Shown here: positions 28,074 through 38,743 of the stretch, in pieces | Position numbering within the stretch: the first letter of the stretch is position 1 | Layout of the letters: the number at the start of each line of letters is the position of its first letter | NCBI GenBank assembly: GCA_963724295.1 | Contig: CAVRUC010000002.1 | Span: 256,001 to 320,000 of the forward strand | Direction: 5' to 3' | DNA length: 64,000 nucleotides | Source of the DNA: an uncultured Chloroflexia bacterium | GTDB taxonomy: Bacteria > Chloroflexota > Chloroflexia > Thermomicrobiales > UBA6265 | Translations under genes and position numbers: made by a program | Notes under the pieces: generated by a model | The model's database searches: none | The model's input: the letters and a program-made list of their open reading frames with translations, nothing else | Told to the model about the DNA's origin: nothing

Positions 28074-30410
28074 GTGGCAATCGACCAACCCGCGAAGCCG
28101 GTCAGCACATTACCAATCCCCCTCACGCGACTCGTCGGACGTGAGCGGGAGGTGGCGTTGATTTGCGATCTGCTGCAACAGGATGATCTTCGGCTGATCA
28201 CGTTGACCGGCCCCGGTGGCGTCGGCAAGACCCGCCTCGCCCAGCATGTCGCTGGCAGTGTGATGAACACCTACCCGGATGGCGTGTGGTACGTCGATCT
28301 GGCCCCGATCGCCGCGCCGGACCTCGTGGCGCCCGCGATCGCGCACGTCTTCGGCCTGCGCGACGCCGGGGACGAACCGATCATTGACCGACTGCACGCG
28401 TTCTTGCGTCCGAAGCAGCTGTTGCTGGTGCTGGACAATTTTGAACAGGTGGTCGAGGCGTCGCCGCTGGTCATTAGCGTGCTGAGCGGTTGCCCCCGCG
28501 TGACAGTCCTGGTCACGAGTCGGGTACGGCTGCGGGTCTCTGGCGAGCATGAACACGGGGTGCCGCCGCTCACGCTCGCAGACCCGGAGACATCAGCCAA
28601 GCGTGAAGCGGTGACACAATCTGAGGCAGTGCAGCTGTTCATCGCGCGAGCGCAAGCTGTGGATGGGAACTTTGACCTCACGCCCGAGAATGCTCAAGCG
28701 ATCGCTGAGATCTGCCGCCGGGTAGACGGCCTGCCCCTGGCTATCGAACTGGCCGCCGCCCGGATCAAGATTCTCCCGCCCACGGCACTCCTGGCGCGAC
28801 TGGATCAGCGGCTGCCGGTGCTGACTGGCGGCAACCGAGATCTGCCGGCGCGCCAGCAGACCATGCGCAATACGCTGGCCTGGTCCCATGATCTGCTCTC
28901 AGTGGACGATCAGGTCGTGTTTCGCCGGCTGTCTGTGTTCGTAGGTGGCTTCTCTTTGCAGGCTGCGCAAGCCGTGGTGACCGTCCCGGGCGACCGCTTC
29001 AGTGACGCGCTGGACGGTGTTGCCTCGCTCGTTGATACGAGCCTGCTGCGGCAAGACCACAGCCTCAGCGGCGAGCCGCGCTACCGCATGCTGGAGACGG
29101 CTCGCGAATTTGGACTGGAGCAGTTGGCCGCCAGCAAGGAGGAGGAAGCAATCCGCGAGTGGCATGCACGCTGGTACCTGGAGCTCGCAACGACGCTGGC
29201 GCCCCTCGTGCACCTGGCGGGTGAGCCTTCGCTCCTGGGACGCCTCTCGGCTGAACACGGCAATCTCCGCGCCGCGCTCAACTGGTTCGCGACGCAAGGT
29301 GATGCCGAGTCCCTTGCGTGGCTCACAGGGTCGCTCCATTGGTTCTGGCATATGGGCGGCCAGGGACGCGAGGGGTGCGCCTGGCTCGATAGAGCGCTCG
29401 ATTTGAGTGCGCGCGCGTCACCCAAGGCCAAGATGGGCGTTTTGGGCGGGGCGAGCAACCTCGCGGTGCAACAGGGCGACGACGTTCGGGCCACGGCACT
29501 CGGTGAGCAGCTCCTGGCGCTTGCGCGCGAACAGGGGGATCGCACGGCCGAAGCCGACGCGCAGTTCCTGCTTTCCCGCGCGGCCTGCATGCGGGGAGCT
29601 GGCGCTGAGGCAAGTGCATTCGCCTCGGAGGCGGTGATGCTCTGTCGGGCGTTGGAAGATACGCGTCGGCTGCCCTGGGCGCTTCAGCGCCTCGGCATCG
29701 AGGCATATGCCGAGGGCGAGGTTGCGCAATCGGCCGCGCTATTGGTGGAGGCGCTCGCAGGTTTCCGGGCAGTGGGAAACGTTCTCGGCACAGCATATGC
29801 CACGGGGATCCTCGGCATGGCCCGCCACGCTCTTGGTGACCGGGCTCAGGCGGCAGCACTCTACCGCGAAAGCTTGAACTTGCACCAAGACCTGGCCGAC
29901 CCATGGGAAACCGCGCATATCCTGGAGCAAGTGGCGTCACTCACGGCGGAAACGCGAGACGGTGCGCGGGTGGCCCGACTCCTCGGGGCGGCCGATGCGC
30001 TTTACACATTGACGTGGACTGCGCGCCTCCCGTTCGAACGCGATATCGCGGCTCGCGCCGAGGCCGCAGCCCATGCCTGGCTTGAACCGGAGGAGTACAG
30101 GCTGGCGTGGGAGGCGGGCCGGGAGTTGTCTTTTGCCCAGGCCATCGAAGAGGGGCTGGCAGCAGTCGCCACGATCGAGTCGCAGCTGGCTGCGAGCAGG
30201 TCAACCCGGGAGGCTGATGGTGGCCTGACACCGCGCGAGCGTGAAGTGCTGCGCCTCCTCGTCGCGGGCTGCTCCAATCAGGAGGTCGCCGAGGCGCTCT
30301 TCATTTCCCGCGCCACGGCTCGGACCCACGTGGCAAATATCTTGTCGAAACTTAATGTCAGTTCGCGCACCGCGGCGGCAGACATCGCCCATCGTCGCCA
30401 CCTGATCTGA
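28074..30410 (+). CDS. ATPase (NB-ARC-like)-TPR-LuxR HTH transcriptional regulator (start uncertain)
   Basis: GPGGVGKT, LLVLDNFEQV, DGLPLAIELAAAR, TPR helices, LTPREREVLRLL..G.SN.EVA. Confidence 0.92.
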   Translation: MAIDQPAKPVSTLPIPLTRLVGREREVALICDLLQQDDLRLITLTGPGGVGKTRLAQHVAGSVMNTYPDGVWYVDLAPIAAPDLVAPAIAHVFGLRDAGDEPIIDRLHAFLRPKQLLLVLDNFEQVVEASPLVISVLSGCPRVTVLVTSRVRLRVSGEHEHGVPPLTLADPETSAKREAVTQSEAVQLFIARAQAVDGNFDLTPENAQAIAEICRRVDGLPLAIELAAARIKILPPTALLARLDQRLPVLTGGNRDLPARQQTMRNTLAWSHDLLSVDDQVVFRRLSVFVGGFSLQAAQAVVTVPGDRFSDALDGVASLVDTSLLRQDHSLSGEPRYRMLETAREFGLEQLAASKEEEAIREWHARWYLELATTLAPLVHLAGEPSLLGRLSAEHGNLRAALNWFATQGDAESLAWLTGSLHWFWHMGGQGREGCAWLDRALDLSARASPKAKMGVLGGASNLAVQQGDDVRATALGEQLLALAREQGDRTAEADAQFLLSRAACMRGAGAEASAFASEAVMLCRALEDTRRLPWALQRLGIEAYAEGEVAQSAALLVEALAGFRAVGNVLGTAYATGILGMARHALGDRAQAAALYRESLNLHQDLADPWETAHILEQVASLTAETRDGARVARLLGAADALYTLTWTARLPFERDIAARAEAAAHAWLEPEEYRLAWEAGRELSFAQAIEEGLAAVATIESQLAASRSTREADGGLTPREREVLRLLVAGCSNQEVAEALFISRATARTHVANILSKLNVSSRTAAADIAHRRHLI

Positions 30411-30613
30411 GCTCCCCGACAACGCCTACGTACGCCTACGTAGCGTGCGTAGGCCGGTTGGCGCGACGTGACCCCAAAAAATCGGCCGGCCGGCTGATGC
30501 CGCCGCAATCTCCCCGGCGCATGATCACACCATGCTAACGGATGGATCGTCTGTTGGCTCGCCCACCGAGGGTGAACGATGGGGATCAGGCCGACGCCTG
30601 GAAGGAGCTCACG

Positions 30614-30847
30614 ATGCAGTCCCAACCAACTTCGTTGATCATGCTCGTAGAAGTTCGGCATGCCGAGTTACAGGCCGAAGCGGCACAAGAGCGACTCGCC
30701 AGACAAGTCCTCAACAACGGAGTCCCCACGACGAGCATCGTGGCCGGTGTGGGGCGTCGCTTTGGGATCGCGCTCGCCAGCACCGTCACCCTGCTCCACG
30801 ATGGACTCACGATCTTGCGGGCACGCCAGCGAACGACGGTAGCATGA
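30614..30847 (+). CDS. Small hypothetical protein
   Basis: SD AAGGAG; RHAELQAEAAQERLAR helix. Confidence 0.55.
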   Translation: MQSQPTSLIMLVEVRHAELQAEAAQERLARQVLNNGVPTTSIVAGVGRRFGIALASTVTLLHDGLTILRARQRTTVA

Positions 30848-30938
30848 TTCCATGAACTGCCACCGCGTGTTTGCGCGGTGACGTGTCGTCTGAGACGATC
30901 GCCTCTTCGGGATCAAGAGCAGAGAAAGGCTCCGTGCC

Positions 30939-32507
30939 ATGGGCACTGATACTCCGACCGCGACGACGCTCATCCCGGAGAGCGCCGCGGTGCTGAACTC
31001 CCAGCCGGCGGCAGCCCCGGGCCGCATCCAGATCCTGCTCTGCCTGTCCGCATTTCTGGCCGCCCTGAACTTCTTTGCGCCGACCCCGTTCTATCCACAG
31101 ATGGCGCACGACCTGCAGACGACCGTTCCGCTCCTGGGTCAGGTCGTCACCCTGATGGCCCTGATCAGCGCTGGTCTGGGTCTGCTTGCCGGTCCGCTGG
31201 CCGATCGTTACGGATACCGCTGGCCGCTCGTCGTCGGTCTCCTGGCCATCGCCGTTGGCCTGGTCGGCACCGGTCTGGCCCCGATCTACCCGGTGCTGCT
31301 GGCGCTCGGCGTGGTGATGGGGCTCGGGGACGCGCTCGCCTACTCTCTCCCATTCGCCATCGCCACGACCCACTTCAGCGGCATGGCCCAGCGACGAGCG
31401 ATTGCCTGGACAATCGGAGCATTGAGCACTGCCCCGATCATCGGTGTTCCCCTGCTCGCCGCCGTCGGCGGGCTCACCAGCTGGCGCGTAGCCCTGGCCA
31501 CAGCTGGGGTCGCGGCTGCGGGGGTCGCCTGGTTCGTCGCGGCTGTCCTGCCTGCCGATCGGCTGCGTCCCGCGAATCGCCTTCGCGTCAGGGAGTTGCT
31601 GGCGGCCTACTCGCCACTGGTGCACCACCCGCCGAGTCTGCGCTTCCTCGCGGTGTCGGCCTTGCGCGGCATGTGGTGGGTGGGAATGCTGACCTACATG
31701 GGCGCGTTTCTGGGAACGGTCGTCGGATTCAGCCCGCAGCACGTCGGTCTGGTCTATGCCCTGGCCGGAGGCGCGTACACGGCCGGCAGCCTAATCGCGG
31801 GCAATTTCATGGGCGGGTTTTCGCCGCGGCTCGTAGTTGCCCTCTCGAGCGTGGTCGGCGGGGTGCTGGTTGCCCCGATGTTTCTGTTCCCGCTCCCCTG
31901 GGTCGTCCTCCCGCTGCTGCTCGCCGTCAGTGTCGCGGCCGCTATCTGCAGTGTCAGCGTTGTCGCGCTGCTCGCCGACGAGAGTCCGGCCGGCGCCGGG
32001 ACGACCATGGTCCTCAACGGGTCCGTTCTCAACTTCGGTACAGCCGGAGGAGCGATTCTGGGGGGCGCCCTCATCGCGCTCGGCGGCTACGCGGCCCTGG
32101 GGATCGGTCTGCCCTTCTTCGCACTGGTGGCGGCGGCCCTCGCCTGGTGGCCAGGAAGTCGTCAGGTAGGAACACGCCCATCTCAAGCAACATCCTGCCT
32201 TCCGAGGAAGACCGGAGTAACGATTGGCGCGTGGCAGAAAACCCTTATCGGCTTTGACCACAAGCCGGCGTCACGATGCTTCCAGATGTGCCAAGGGCAC
32301 CGCAGGTCCGGTCGAGCACTCCCCGGGCCCCGCGCTCACTTCGATGCCACGGCTCGTGTGCGAACCACCCACAAACGGCGCCCTCAGCCGACCGGTCACC
32401 ACCACGACGCGCGAAGCAATGACCATGGCCACGTCCTTGCGGTGCGGTCACTGCTGACGCCTCGGCGGACACCTAACGGTGTCGCGCTGCGGTGGCGGCA
32501 TCCCTGA
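30939..32507 (+). CDS. MFS transporter (true end probably near 32170)
   Basis: 12 TM segments, GPLADRYGYR motif A; the last ~115 aa are not MFS-like. Confidence 0.85.
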   Translation: MGTDTPTATTLIPESAAVLNSQPAAAPGRIQILLCLSAFLAALNFFAPTPFYPQMAHDLQTTVPLLGQVVTLMALISAGLGLLAGPLADRYGYRWPLVVGLLAIAVGLVGTGLAPIYPVLLALGVVMGLGDALAYSLPFAIATTHFSGMAQRRAIAWTIGALSTAPIIGVPLLAAVGGLTSWRVALATAGVAAAGVAWFVAAVLPADRLRPANRLRVRELLAAYSPLVHHPPSLRFLAVSALRGMWWVGMLTYMGAFLGTVVGFSPQHVGLVYALAGGAYTAGSLIAGNFMGGFSPRLVVALSSVVGGVLVAPMFLFPLPWVVLPLLLAVSVAAAICSVSVVALLADESPAGAGTTMVLNGSVLNFGTAGGAILGGALIALGGYAALGIGLPFFALVAAALAWWPGSRQVGTRPSQATSCLPRKTGVTIGAWQKTLIGFDHKPASRCFQMCQGHRRSGRALPGPRAHFDATARVRTTHKRRPQPTGHHHDARSNDHGHVLAVRSLLTPRRTPNGVALRWRHP

Positions 32508-32928
32508 GTTGGAAACGCATATCGCGGAGCGCCATTTCTGCCGCCACCGCCTCGAAACTCGGGACTCCACCAAGGCCCGGCTGAATGAGCGCTGTTTGTG
32601 TGGCCGGAGCCTGGATCCCCGGGTTCCCACCAAGGCCCGGCTGAATCGGCATCTGCAAGCGGACGGGATCCGTCGTGCGGCGGTCCGGCGCCGACCGCGA
32701 CGCGCGCGGCGGGCGCGCGACAACGGTCGAATCCACGACGCCGTGATGCGGAGCCTGTACGGCAGTCAGCGCTACGATGGGATGGATCATCTCAGCCGGG
32801 GCATCTTCACTATGGAGTCCCAAGGCAACTGCGCTCACGCCGCACGTGCCGGCCACGAGGCTCATCCCAAGCCTCAGCACACGTCCCAACTGGCGGATGC
32901 CTTCGAGATGAGGCATTGCGACAACCAT
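32473..32928 (-). CDS. Hypothetical exported protein with internal IQPGLGG duplication
   Basis: SD GAGGTG, hydrophobic N-terminus, identical 20-bp repeats at 32567 and 32627. Confidence 0.45.
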   Translation of the reverse strand: MVVAMPHLEGIRQLGRVLRLGMSLVAGTCGVSAVALGLHSEDAPAEMIHPIVALTAVQAPHHGVVDSTVVARPPRASRSAPDRRTTDPVRLQMPIQPGLGGNPGIQAPATQTALIQPGLGGVPSFEAVAAEMALRDMRFQLRDAATAARHR

Positions 32929-33222
32929 GGCACCTCTTCTTCCCCAGCCTCTCGGGTGGCAGACGCGGGTCGTGCGGCCGGGAAACTGATCGACTTGCCG
33001 CAGTGCTGCGAGCAGCCAACATCACGGCTGTCGTGAGTTGGCAGCCTTCGCACGTGCTTATCAGGAGTGGGATCGTCGGGTACTCGGCAGTTCGGCTACG
33101 GCGGCAAGGCGACCTGACCGCCGGAAGCTGGAGTTGTTCTGACTTCTGGGCTCGTTGGGCCCAGCACGCTGCACTGATTGCTCGTCACCTTGTTCGCTCC
33201 TCCTACCTCGGCCCCCCGCGGC

Positions 33223-33777
33223 TCAGGGTGTGGGGGAGGCGCTCGCCTGCGCCGCCGCGGGGAGGTCGACCCCGTTCGGAGTCAAGCGATAGCCCCGGAC
33301 GGGTGGATCGGCCGGCAGAATCTGGTCAAAGGTGACGGCGTTCTGCGCGTCGCGCGTCACAACTCGCTGCGGCGTGCTGTCGACAAACGTCTGGCCGTCC
33401 TCGCTGACCTCGGGGTGGCCCTCGAACTGGAAGGTGCCAAGCAAGGTCCCGTCTGGAGCGGTGAGCTTCTGGATGGCGGTGAAGTGGCTACCGCGCTCGC
33501 CAACCACTTCCCATCGCCCGATGGCTGGTCCCTGGAAGAACAGGCCGAGGCCGGGATCGATGGCATTGGACCCGAACGCGGCCACGAACGAACCGTCCGG
33601 GTGAAAGATGGCCGGGACCGGCCCACCAGGCGTCATCCCGACCCAGCTGCCGACAAGCGGATGCCCCGACAGGTCCGTGGCTTGCTGCTTTGCGGCCTCG
33701 CCCGGTTCTGCCTTGCCGATGCCGACCAGGCTGGCCGCCCCCAGGAGCAGCCCCCGCGCGAAATCGATGCGACGCAT
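33223..33777 (-). CDS. Exported beta-rich hypothetical protein
   Basis: MRRIDFARGLLLG leader, HPLVGSW...FHPDGS...GRW; SD GGGAGGG. Confidence 0.7.
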   Translation of the reverse strand: MRRIDFARGLLLGAASLVGIGKAEPGEAAKQQATDLSGHPLVGSWVGMTPGGPVPAIFHPDGSFVAAFGSNAIDPGLGLFFQGPAIGRWEVVGERGSHFTAIQKLTAPDGTLLGTFQFEGHPEVSEDGQTFVDSTPQRVVTRDAQNAVTFDQILPADPPVRGYRLTPNGVDLPAAAQASASPTP

Positions 33778-33862
33778 GACCCCTCCCTTCCCTATCGTGG
33801 TCGCTGCCGAAGCCCATCCTCATCGCCGCAGGCCGCCGTGAGGACTCGAAGGCCTGTTGCCG

Positions 33863-35005
33863 TTATGGCGAAAGCGACGGCCTTCCCGTGGGCTCGAGCA
33901 CCACAGCGTAAATCCTCTCCGTCGTTTCACCGAGGTTGAAGAGCGAGCCGTCTGGACGCTTGCCGACGTTGGCGTCGTCCCCGGCGCCGGTCTCGAGTAC
34001 CAGTGACCCGAAGGGTGGCGGACGTGTCTCCTCTCCCGGCGGGAGGGTGGCGCGGAGGAGGCTGACACTGACCGGTCCGGCCGGTAGCGGGCCATCGAGT
34101 GCCTCCGCACTTCCGCCGAGATAGCCGCTGTGCCGCAACCAGGGGGAGGGCATCGTCCCCGCATAGAGTCCGGCGTTGAGAATCTGCACCGGGTGCGTTC
34201 CGCGGACGACGTAGGCCGCCGGAAATGCAAAGTCGTGAACGATGGTGTCGCCTGGACCAACAATTATCTCCTCGCCCGGTGCCGGCTGCAGCCTGTCCAA
34301 GCTTCCGCCGGCGCCGCGGACCACCTCTATCGGTCCGGCCGCCTCGACCGTCAATTCCCCTTCCACAACGTGAGTGAATTGAGGGCCATGACAGCACGTT
34401 TGGCTCTGGGTCCAAGCGGGGAATCCGTCCCCAGGCGCGAGCAAGAGGCGCCACAGGACGAAGCGAAGCTGGCCTTCTTGCGGGATTTGATCGGCTGTCA
34501 GGGTCGTGGCGAAGAGCGGTTCGATGATCGACTCGGTAGTCACCGTTGCGACATCGCGCCCTGCGATTGACGCCGGTTGGCCGGTCATTCGATCAATATG
34601 AACGCGACCCATACCAAGTGTGGCGACCGCAAAACCAAGCGTCACGAGGAGCAAGGCCACGGTGGCGAGGTGCGGCAATGACCAGTGCCTGCTGTCCAGA
34701 AGCCAGGCCCAATGTGGCGGCGCGGCCGGCGATGTGCGCAACCCCCCGGAATCTCCACGCGGCCCCGGGAGCGAGTGCGTCAACGTATTGGTGACGTCTT
34801 CCGAAGTCTTGGCAAGACTGGTCACTCGGAGTCGCCCGCGGCGTTGCGCAGCGTCCAGCTCGGCCGTCGGCGGGCGCACGCCGAGGTGGTGGATGACCGC
34901 TGTCGCCAGTTCATCGACCTCGCCGCCGCGCAAGACCTCGCCGCGTTGGGAAGCATCCCAGTACCGATCTAAGGCGTCAGCGCGCCGCCGCTCGCTATGC
35001 TCCAC
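33863..35005 (-). CDS. Probable membrane-anchored anti-sigma factor with cupin-like external domain
   Basis: GTG start overlaps the sigma gene end; ALDRYWD N-terminus, single TM, HGPQFTHVVEGEL...VGPGDTI. Confidence 0.6.
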   Translation of the reverse strand: MEHSERRRADALDRYWDASQRGEVLRGGEVDELATAVIHHLGVRPPTAELDAAQRRGRLRVTSLAKTSEDVTNTLTHSLPGPRGDSGGLRTSPAAPPHWAWLLDSRHWSLPHLATVALLLVTLGFAVATLGMGRVHIDRMTGQPASIAGRDVATVTTESIIEPLFATTLTADQIPQEGQLRFVLWRLLLAPGDGFPAWTQSQTCCHGPQFTHVVEGELTVEAAGPIEVVRGAGGSLDRLQPAPGEEIIVGPGDTIVHDFAFPAAYVVRGTHPVQILNAGLYAGTMPSPWLRHSGYLGGSAEALDGPLPAGPVSVSLLRATLPPGEETRPPPFGSLVLETGAGDDANVGKRPDGSLFNLGETTERIYAVVLEPTGRPSLSP

Positions 35006-35585
35006 GGAGTACCTCGCGCTCAGCCGCAATCGCGGCACGGATCTGGTCCATCGCCCGCAGTTGTCGTTTCTTGGCCGCTTCGTGGCTAATTCCGAGTATC
35101 CGGGCGATCTCGCGGCCGCTCAACCCGGCTCGCCGAAGCTCCAACACGCGTCGATCGTCTCTCGACAGATGATCGATCACCGCGTCGAGCCACTCCCGAT
35201 CGATAGTCGCAAGTGCTTGCTCTTCCGGACTTGTGCCCGGGTCGAGGAGATTGGCCGCTTCCGACAACGACTCCTGTGGACGCCGGGCGCGGAACGCGTC
35301 TTGAACGGCGTTGTGAGCGATGACAAAGAGCCAGGGACGGAAGCGGCCCGTTTCCTTGTACCCGGGCAGGGCTGCCAGCGCCTTGAGAAAGGTCTGGCTG
35401 GCTGCATCTTCGGCCGCTTCGGGCTCTCCCAGTTCGCTCAGGCAATAGCCGTAGACGGCCCGGAAGTAGCGGTCGTAAAGGGCGACGAACGACTGCGGAT
35501 TCTCCTTGGCCCACGCGACTAACAACGAGTCCGGGTCGTCGGACCTTCGCGGCTCGATGGGTTGGCGTCGACGTAAGAACCGCAT
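34995..35585 (-). CDS. ECF sigma-70 factor
   Basis: FVALYDRY, AEDAASQTFLKAL, FRPWLF.IAHN, GLSGREIARILG. Confidence 0.92.
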   Translation of the reverse strand: MRFLRRRQPIEPRRSDDPDSLLVAWAKENPQSFVALYDRYFRAVYGYCLSELGEPEAAEDAASQTFLKALAALPGYKETGRFRPWLFVIAHNAVQDAFRARRPQESLSEAANLLDPGTSPEEQALATIDREWLDAVIDHLSRDDRRVLELRRAGLSGREIARILGISHEAAKKRQLRAMDQIRAAIAAEREVLRGA

Positions 35586-35862
35586 CTACCCCGGTCCTCT
35601 GCCAGCGATATACCTTTGTCCACTCTAGTCAACGAATCGGTCTCGAAATGGGGACAACGAGTACCAGTGGAATCCCGATGCCTTGCCGTCGAGCTCCATA
35701 GGCCGGCACCGTCCACGACCCCGGGTCCACGCCGGTACGACTCCTTGTTCCCCTAGTTTGCCAGGACCCGGTTTGGCGCCATCGACGATGGTATTGGTCG
35801 GTCGCGGTCAGGAAGATGAACCCGGTTCATGGAAACCCAATGAGGGCGTTGCGGGACCAGTG

Positions 35863-37101
35863 TCACGCCGCCTCGGGATCCGCCAGAGGCGCCGCGGCAG
35901 ATAGCGACTCTTCTTCGTCCGTGAGCGCGCGGCCCGGGCGCATCCGCGTTTGTGCCAGCAACAGCACCGGGATCAGCAGGGCGCTGGCGACCAGCGAGGC
36001 CAGCAGCGGCCCCTCGGCACGGATGGCGTAGAGCTGTCCCGAGATGATCGGGGCCGATGAGAACGCCGATCCCCCCGTCATCTCGCTCAGGGTGAAGACG
36101 CGCGGCCGCACGCGATCGCTGCGCACGATCTCGCTCAAGGCGCCGACGAAGAGTCCCCAGGCCGACCAGAGCCCGCCGCGTCCGATGAACGCCAGCGCGA
36201 TCAGCCAGACGTGATGCGTAGAGAGGACGACCGCCAGTGCGCCCATCACCATGCCGATAGCGATGGCAATGCCGGTCAGTGGGTGTCGCTGCAACCACTG
36301 GCTGCGGGCGACGGCCAGACCAAACACGACCGCCCCCAAGGAACCGACCCCGCCCAGGATGGCGACGACCGCCGGCGTTATCCCGCGCTGATCGGCCAGG
36401 AACGGCGCGAGTAGTGAAATGCCCAGGGCCAGGGAGAAGATCGTCGCGAACTGCATCCCCAGCATCGGCTTCACGCCTGGCTCGGCCAGCGCCTCGCGAT
36501 AGGAGGAGCGGGTCGGCTGGTCCTCCTTCGCCACCTTGGGCTGCGGTGCGAAGCGGCTGAAGAAGTAGAGCGAGAACGCGGTGCAGGCGGCGGCGAAGAT
36601 GAAGGCGGCACGCATGTCGAACCGGGCGATCAGCGCCCCCGAGATGAGCGGGGCGATGCCGAAGGCAATGGCCGGGCCGACGTTGAAGACGAGGGTGAAG
36701 GCGCGCACCCGCTGCTCGCCGGCGTGCGCGGCCAGGTGTGCCTGGGTGAGGGGAAAGGCGATCTCCCCGATTGCGCTACCGATCACCATCGGCGCCAGCA
36801 TGGTCCAGTGGGTGGCGAACGCGGCGCTGATCATCCCGAGAGCGGTCATCGATCGCGCGGCGACGATCAGCGTGCGCGGGTCGATGCGGTCGGCTAGCGC
36901 CGCGCTGGGAGCGAGGATTAGCAGGCGGAGCAGCCCGGAGGCGCCAAGCACGAACCCGACGACGGTAATCGGCGCACCGAGCGCTTCGATCCAGAGCGGC
37001 CAGATGCCGACATAGGCGCCGAAGGCGGCCTCGACCCCGATCATGGCCCAGAAGACGTAGCCGAGCTCTCGACCGAGCCCCAAATCCCACGCAACCGGCA
37101 T
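35863..37101 (-). CDS. MFS transporter (start uncertain)
   Basis: 12 TM segments, ALADRIDPR motif. Confidence 0.85.
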   Translation of the reverse strand: MPVAWDLGLGRELGYVFWAMIGVEAAFGAYVGIWPLWIEALGAPITVVGFVLGASGLLRLLILAPSAALADRIDPRTLIVAARSMTALGMISAAFATHWTMLAPMVIGSAIGEIAFPLTQAHLAAHAGEQRVRAFTLVFNVGPAIAFGIAPLISGALIARFDMRAAFIFAAACTAFSLYFFSRFAPQPKVAKEDQPTRSSYREALAEPGVKPMLGMQFATIFSLALGISLLAPFLADQRGITPAVVAILGGVGSLGAVVFGLAVARSQWLQRHPLTGIAIAIGMVMGALAVVLSTHHVWLIALAFIGRGGLWSAWGLFVGALSEIVRSDRVRPRVFTLSEMTGGSAFSSAPIISGQLYAIRAEGPLLASLVASALLIPVLLLAQTRMRPGRALTDEEESLSAAAPLADPEAA

Positions 37102-37294
37102 TCGCACTTGCAGGCGCCGGCCCGGCAACCGCTTCACCTCGATCCTCACATTCCGCTCTGTCTCAGTACCCGAGCGCCGGACATTGTACGGGCCAGAGGC
37201 AGGAGACCGCGTTGGGAACTGGCGACGGTCGCGTCTTCCTGGAGATGCGGTACCGTTGCCACGAGATGCGATTGCCCAGGAGGAGCAACCGAGC

Positions 37295-37885
37295 GTGAAC
37301 CCGTATCTCGCGACCGCGATTGCCATGTGCGTGATCGTCCTCCTCTCTCTGGCGGGGACGGCCTACCTGGCGGCGGTCTTCAACCGGCGGGCCAAGAGTG
37401 ATCTGCTGGACCGGCTGGAGCCGCTGGCGGCGGCCATCGACGGCGCCGCGGACGTAGACGAGGCGCGTGTCGAGGGGCGCTTCCGTGGCCAGATCGCCAT
37501 CGGCCGAGTGGCAAACGCCCCCGGCGGCTTCGGCCGCCTCTTTCACGTCGAGCTGGTCGACTCCGCCGGCGGCGTGGCCTGGGAGTGGTCGTCGCTGCCG
37601 GACAAGAAAGGATCGGGTCTCACCCGAACCTTCGAAGGAGATTCCGAGCTGAAAGGGCGCCTTCTCTCACGGATCGATTTCGAGGAGGTGGCAACTGTGG
37701 TGCCGGACGACCGCGCGCAACGCTTCGGTTTTCTCTACGATCCGGGTGCCGGCATGATCCGCCTCACGCGTGAGATGCGAACCCGCCTCGACATCCCCGA
37801 CGCGGAGACGTTCACCCGGCAGCTCGAGACGCTACACCGGATCGGCGAAGCGAACCGCCGCGCCCAGGACGCCGACGGTGGGTGA
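37295..37885 (+). CDS. Membrane-anchored hypothetical protein
   Basis: GTG after AGGAGG; N-terminal TM; GC3-rich. Confidence 0.7.
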   Translation: MNPYLATAIAMCVIVLLSLAGTAYLAAVFNRRAKSDLLDRLEPLAAAIDGAADVDEARVEGRFRGQIAIGRVANAPGGFGRLFHVELVDSAGGVAWEWSSLPDKKGSGLTRTFEGDSELKGRLLSRIDFEEVATVVPDDRAQRFGFLYDPGAGMIRLTREMRTRLDIPDAETFTRQLETLHRIGEANRRAQDADGG

Positions 37886-38660
37886 CATCACGGGGGCGGA
37901 GTCCTCGCCCTTTCCCGAGCGCGGCATGGAGACCGTCCGCATCGACAGTGTCGCCGAAGCGTATGCCTACTTCACCGCCTGGCCGCCGCCTGATGGCCCG
38001 TGGGAACATGTCGGCCAGGTCTTCGCGCCGGGCCCGGCGGGCCCCGAAGACCATCTGACGGTGCGCGCCCCGGATGGGCAGACCGCCGTCGTGCGTTTTG
38101 CCATCCGCTCGTTCCTCTCGTTCCCCGGGGAGGCTCTGGTGGCGCCAGGGGAGCAGATATCGGCCGCGATGCGCGCCGGTCACGATCTGGCGAAGACTGA
38201 AGGGCCGCTGCACCCGGGGACGATGCCGCAGTATCCCGTGCCGTCAGAGTCGCATGCCGGCGCGGTCGCCGTGCCCTTGCCGATCCTGGCTGTCGATGCT
38301 GGCCAGCGGGGGCTCTTCGCGCCACCGCGCATCGCGGTCGTGCGCTGGCCGTCAGCGGAGCCGGTCGGGGTGGGCGATGCGCCGGGTTTCGACCCGGAGC
38401 GCTGGCCGCCACCGCGCCTCGGCGATTGGCCGCCGCCCTCGGTCAGCGGCTGGCCGCCATACCGGCTGGCGGGAACGATCGAGCGCTTCAGCGCAATCCT
38501 GGTCCGCCTCCTCGACGCCTGGTTCTCCGGCGAGGGATACCGCCAGCTTGACGACGAGAAGCGCGAGGCCCGCCTGCTGCTGGCGCGGCTCGTTCCCCAG
38601 GGCATGCTCGAGCTATACGGCGAAATCAGCCCGCGTTTCTGGGCATGGCTCACGGACTAG
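37878..38660 (+). CDS. Hypothetical protein
   Basis: Overlaps previous stop; GC3-rich codon pattern. Confidence 0.65.
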   Translation: MGDITGAESSPFPERGMETVRIDSVAEAYAYFTAWPPPDGPWEHVGQVFAPGPAGPEDHLTVRAPDGQTAVVRFAIRSFLSFPGEALVAPGEQISAAMRAGHDLAKTEGPLHPGTMPQYPVPSESHAGAVAVPLPILAVDAGQRGLFAPPRIAVVRWPSAEPVGVGDAPGFDPERWPPPRLGDWPPPSVSGWPPYRLAGTIERFSAILVRLLDAWFSGEGYRQLDDEKREARLLLARLVPQGMLELYGEISPRFWAWLTD

Positions 38661-38743
38661 GCCGACAAGAACGCCCGTTGCCTGGACATCTGGACAACGC
38701 CGGTGTGTCAGGAGGTACGATCGTGGCCCCTAGCAGCGGTTTC

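Noticed and set aside
32170..32507. Real C-terminal domain on the MFS protein
   Set aside because: Composition looks non-coding and it overlaps a convergent ORF; likely a lost stop
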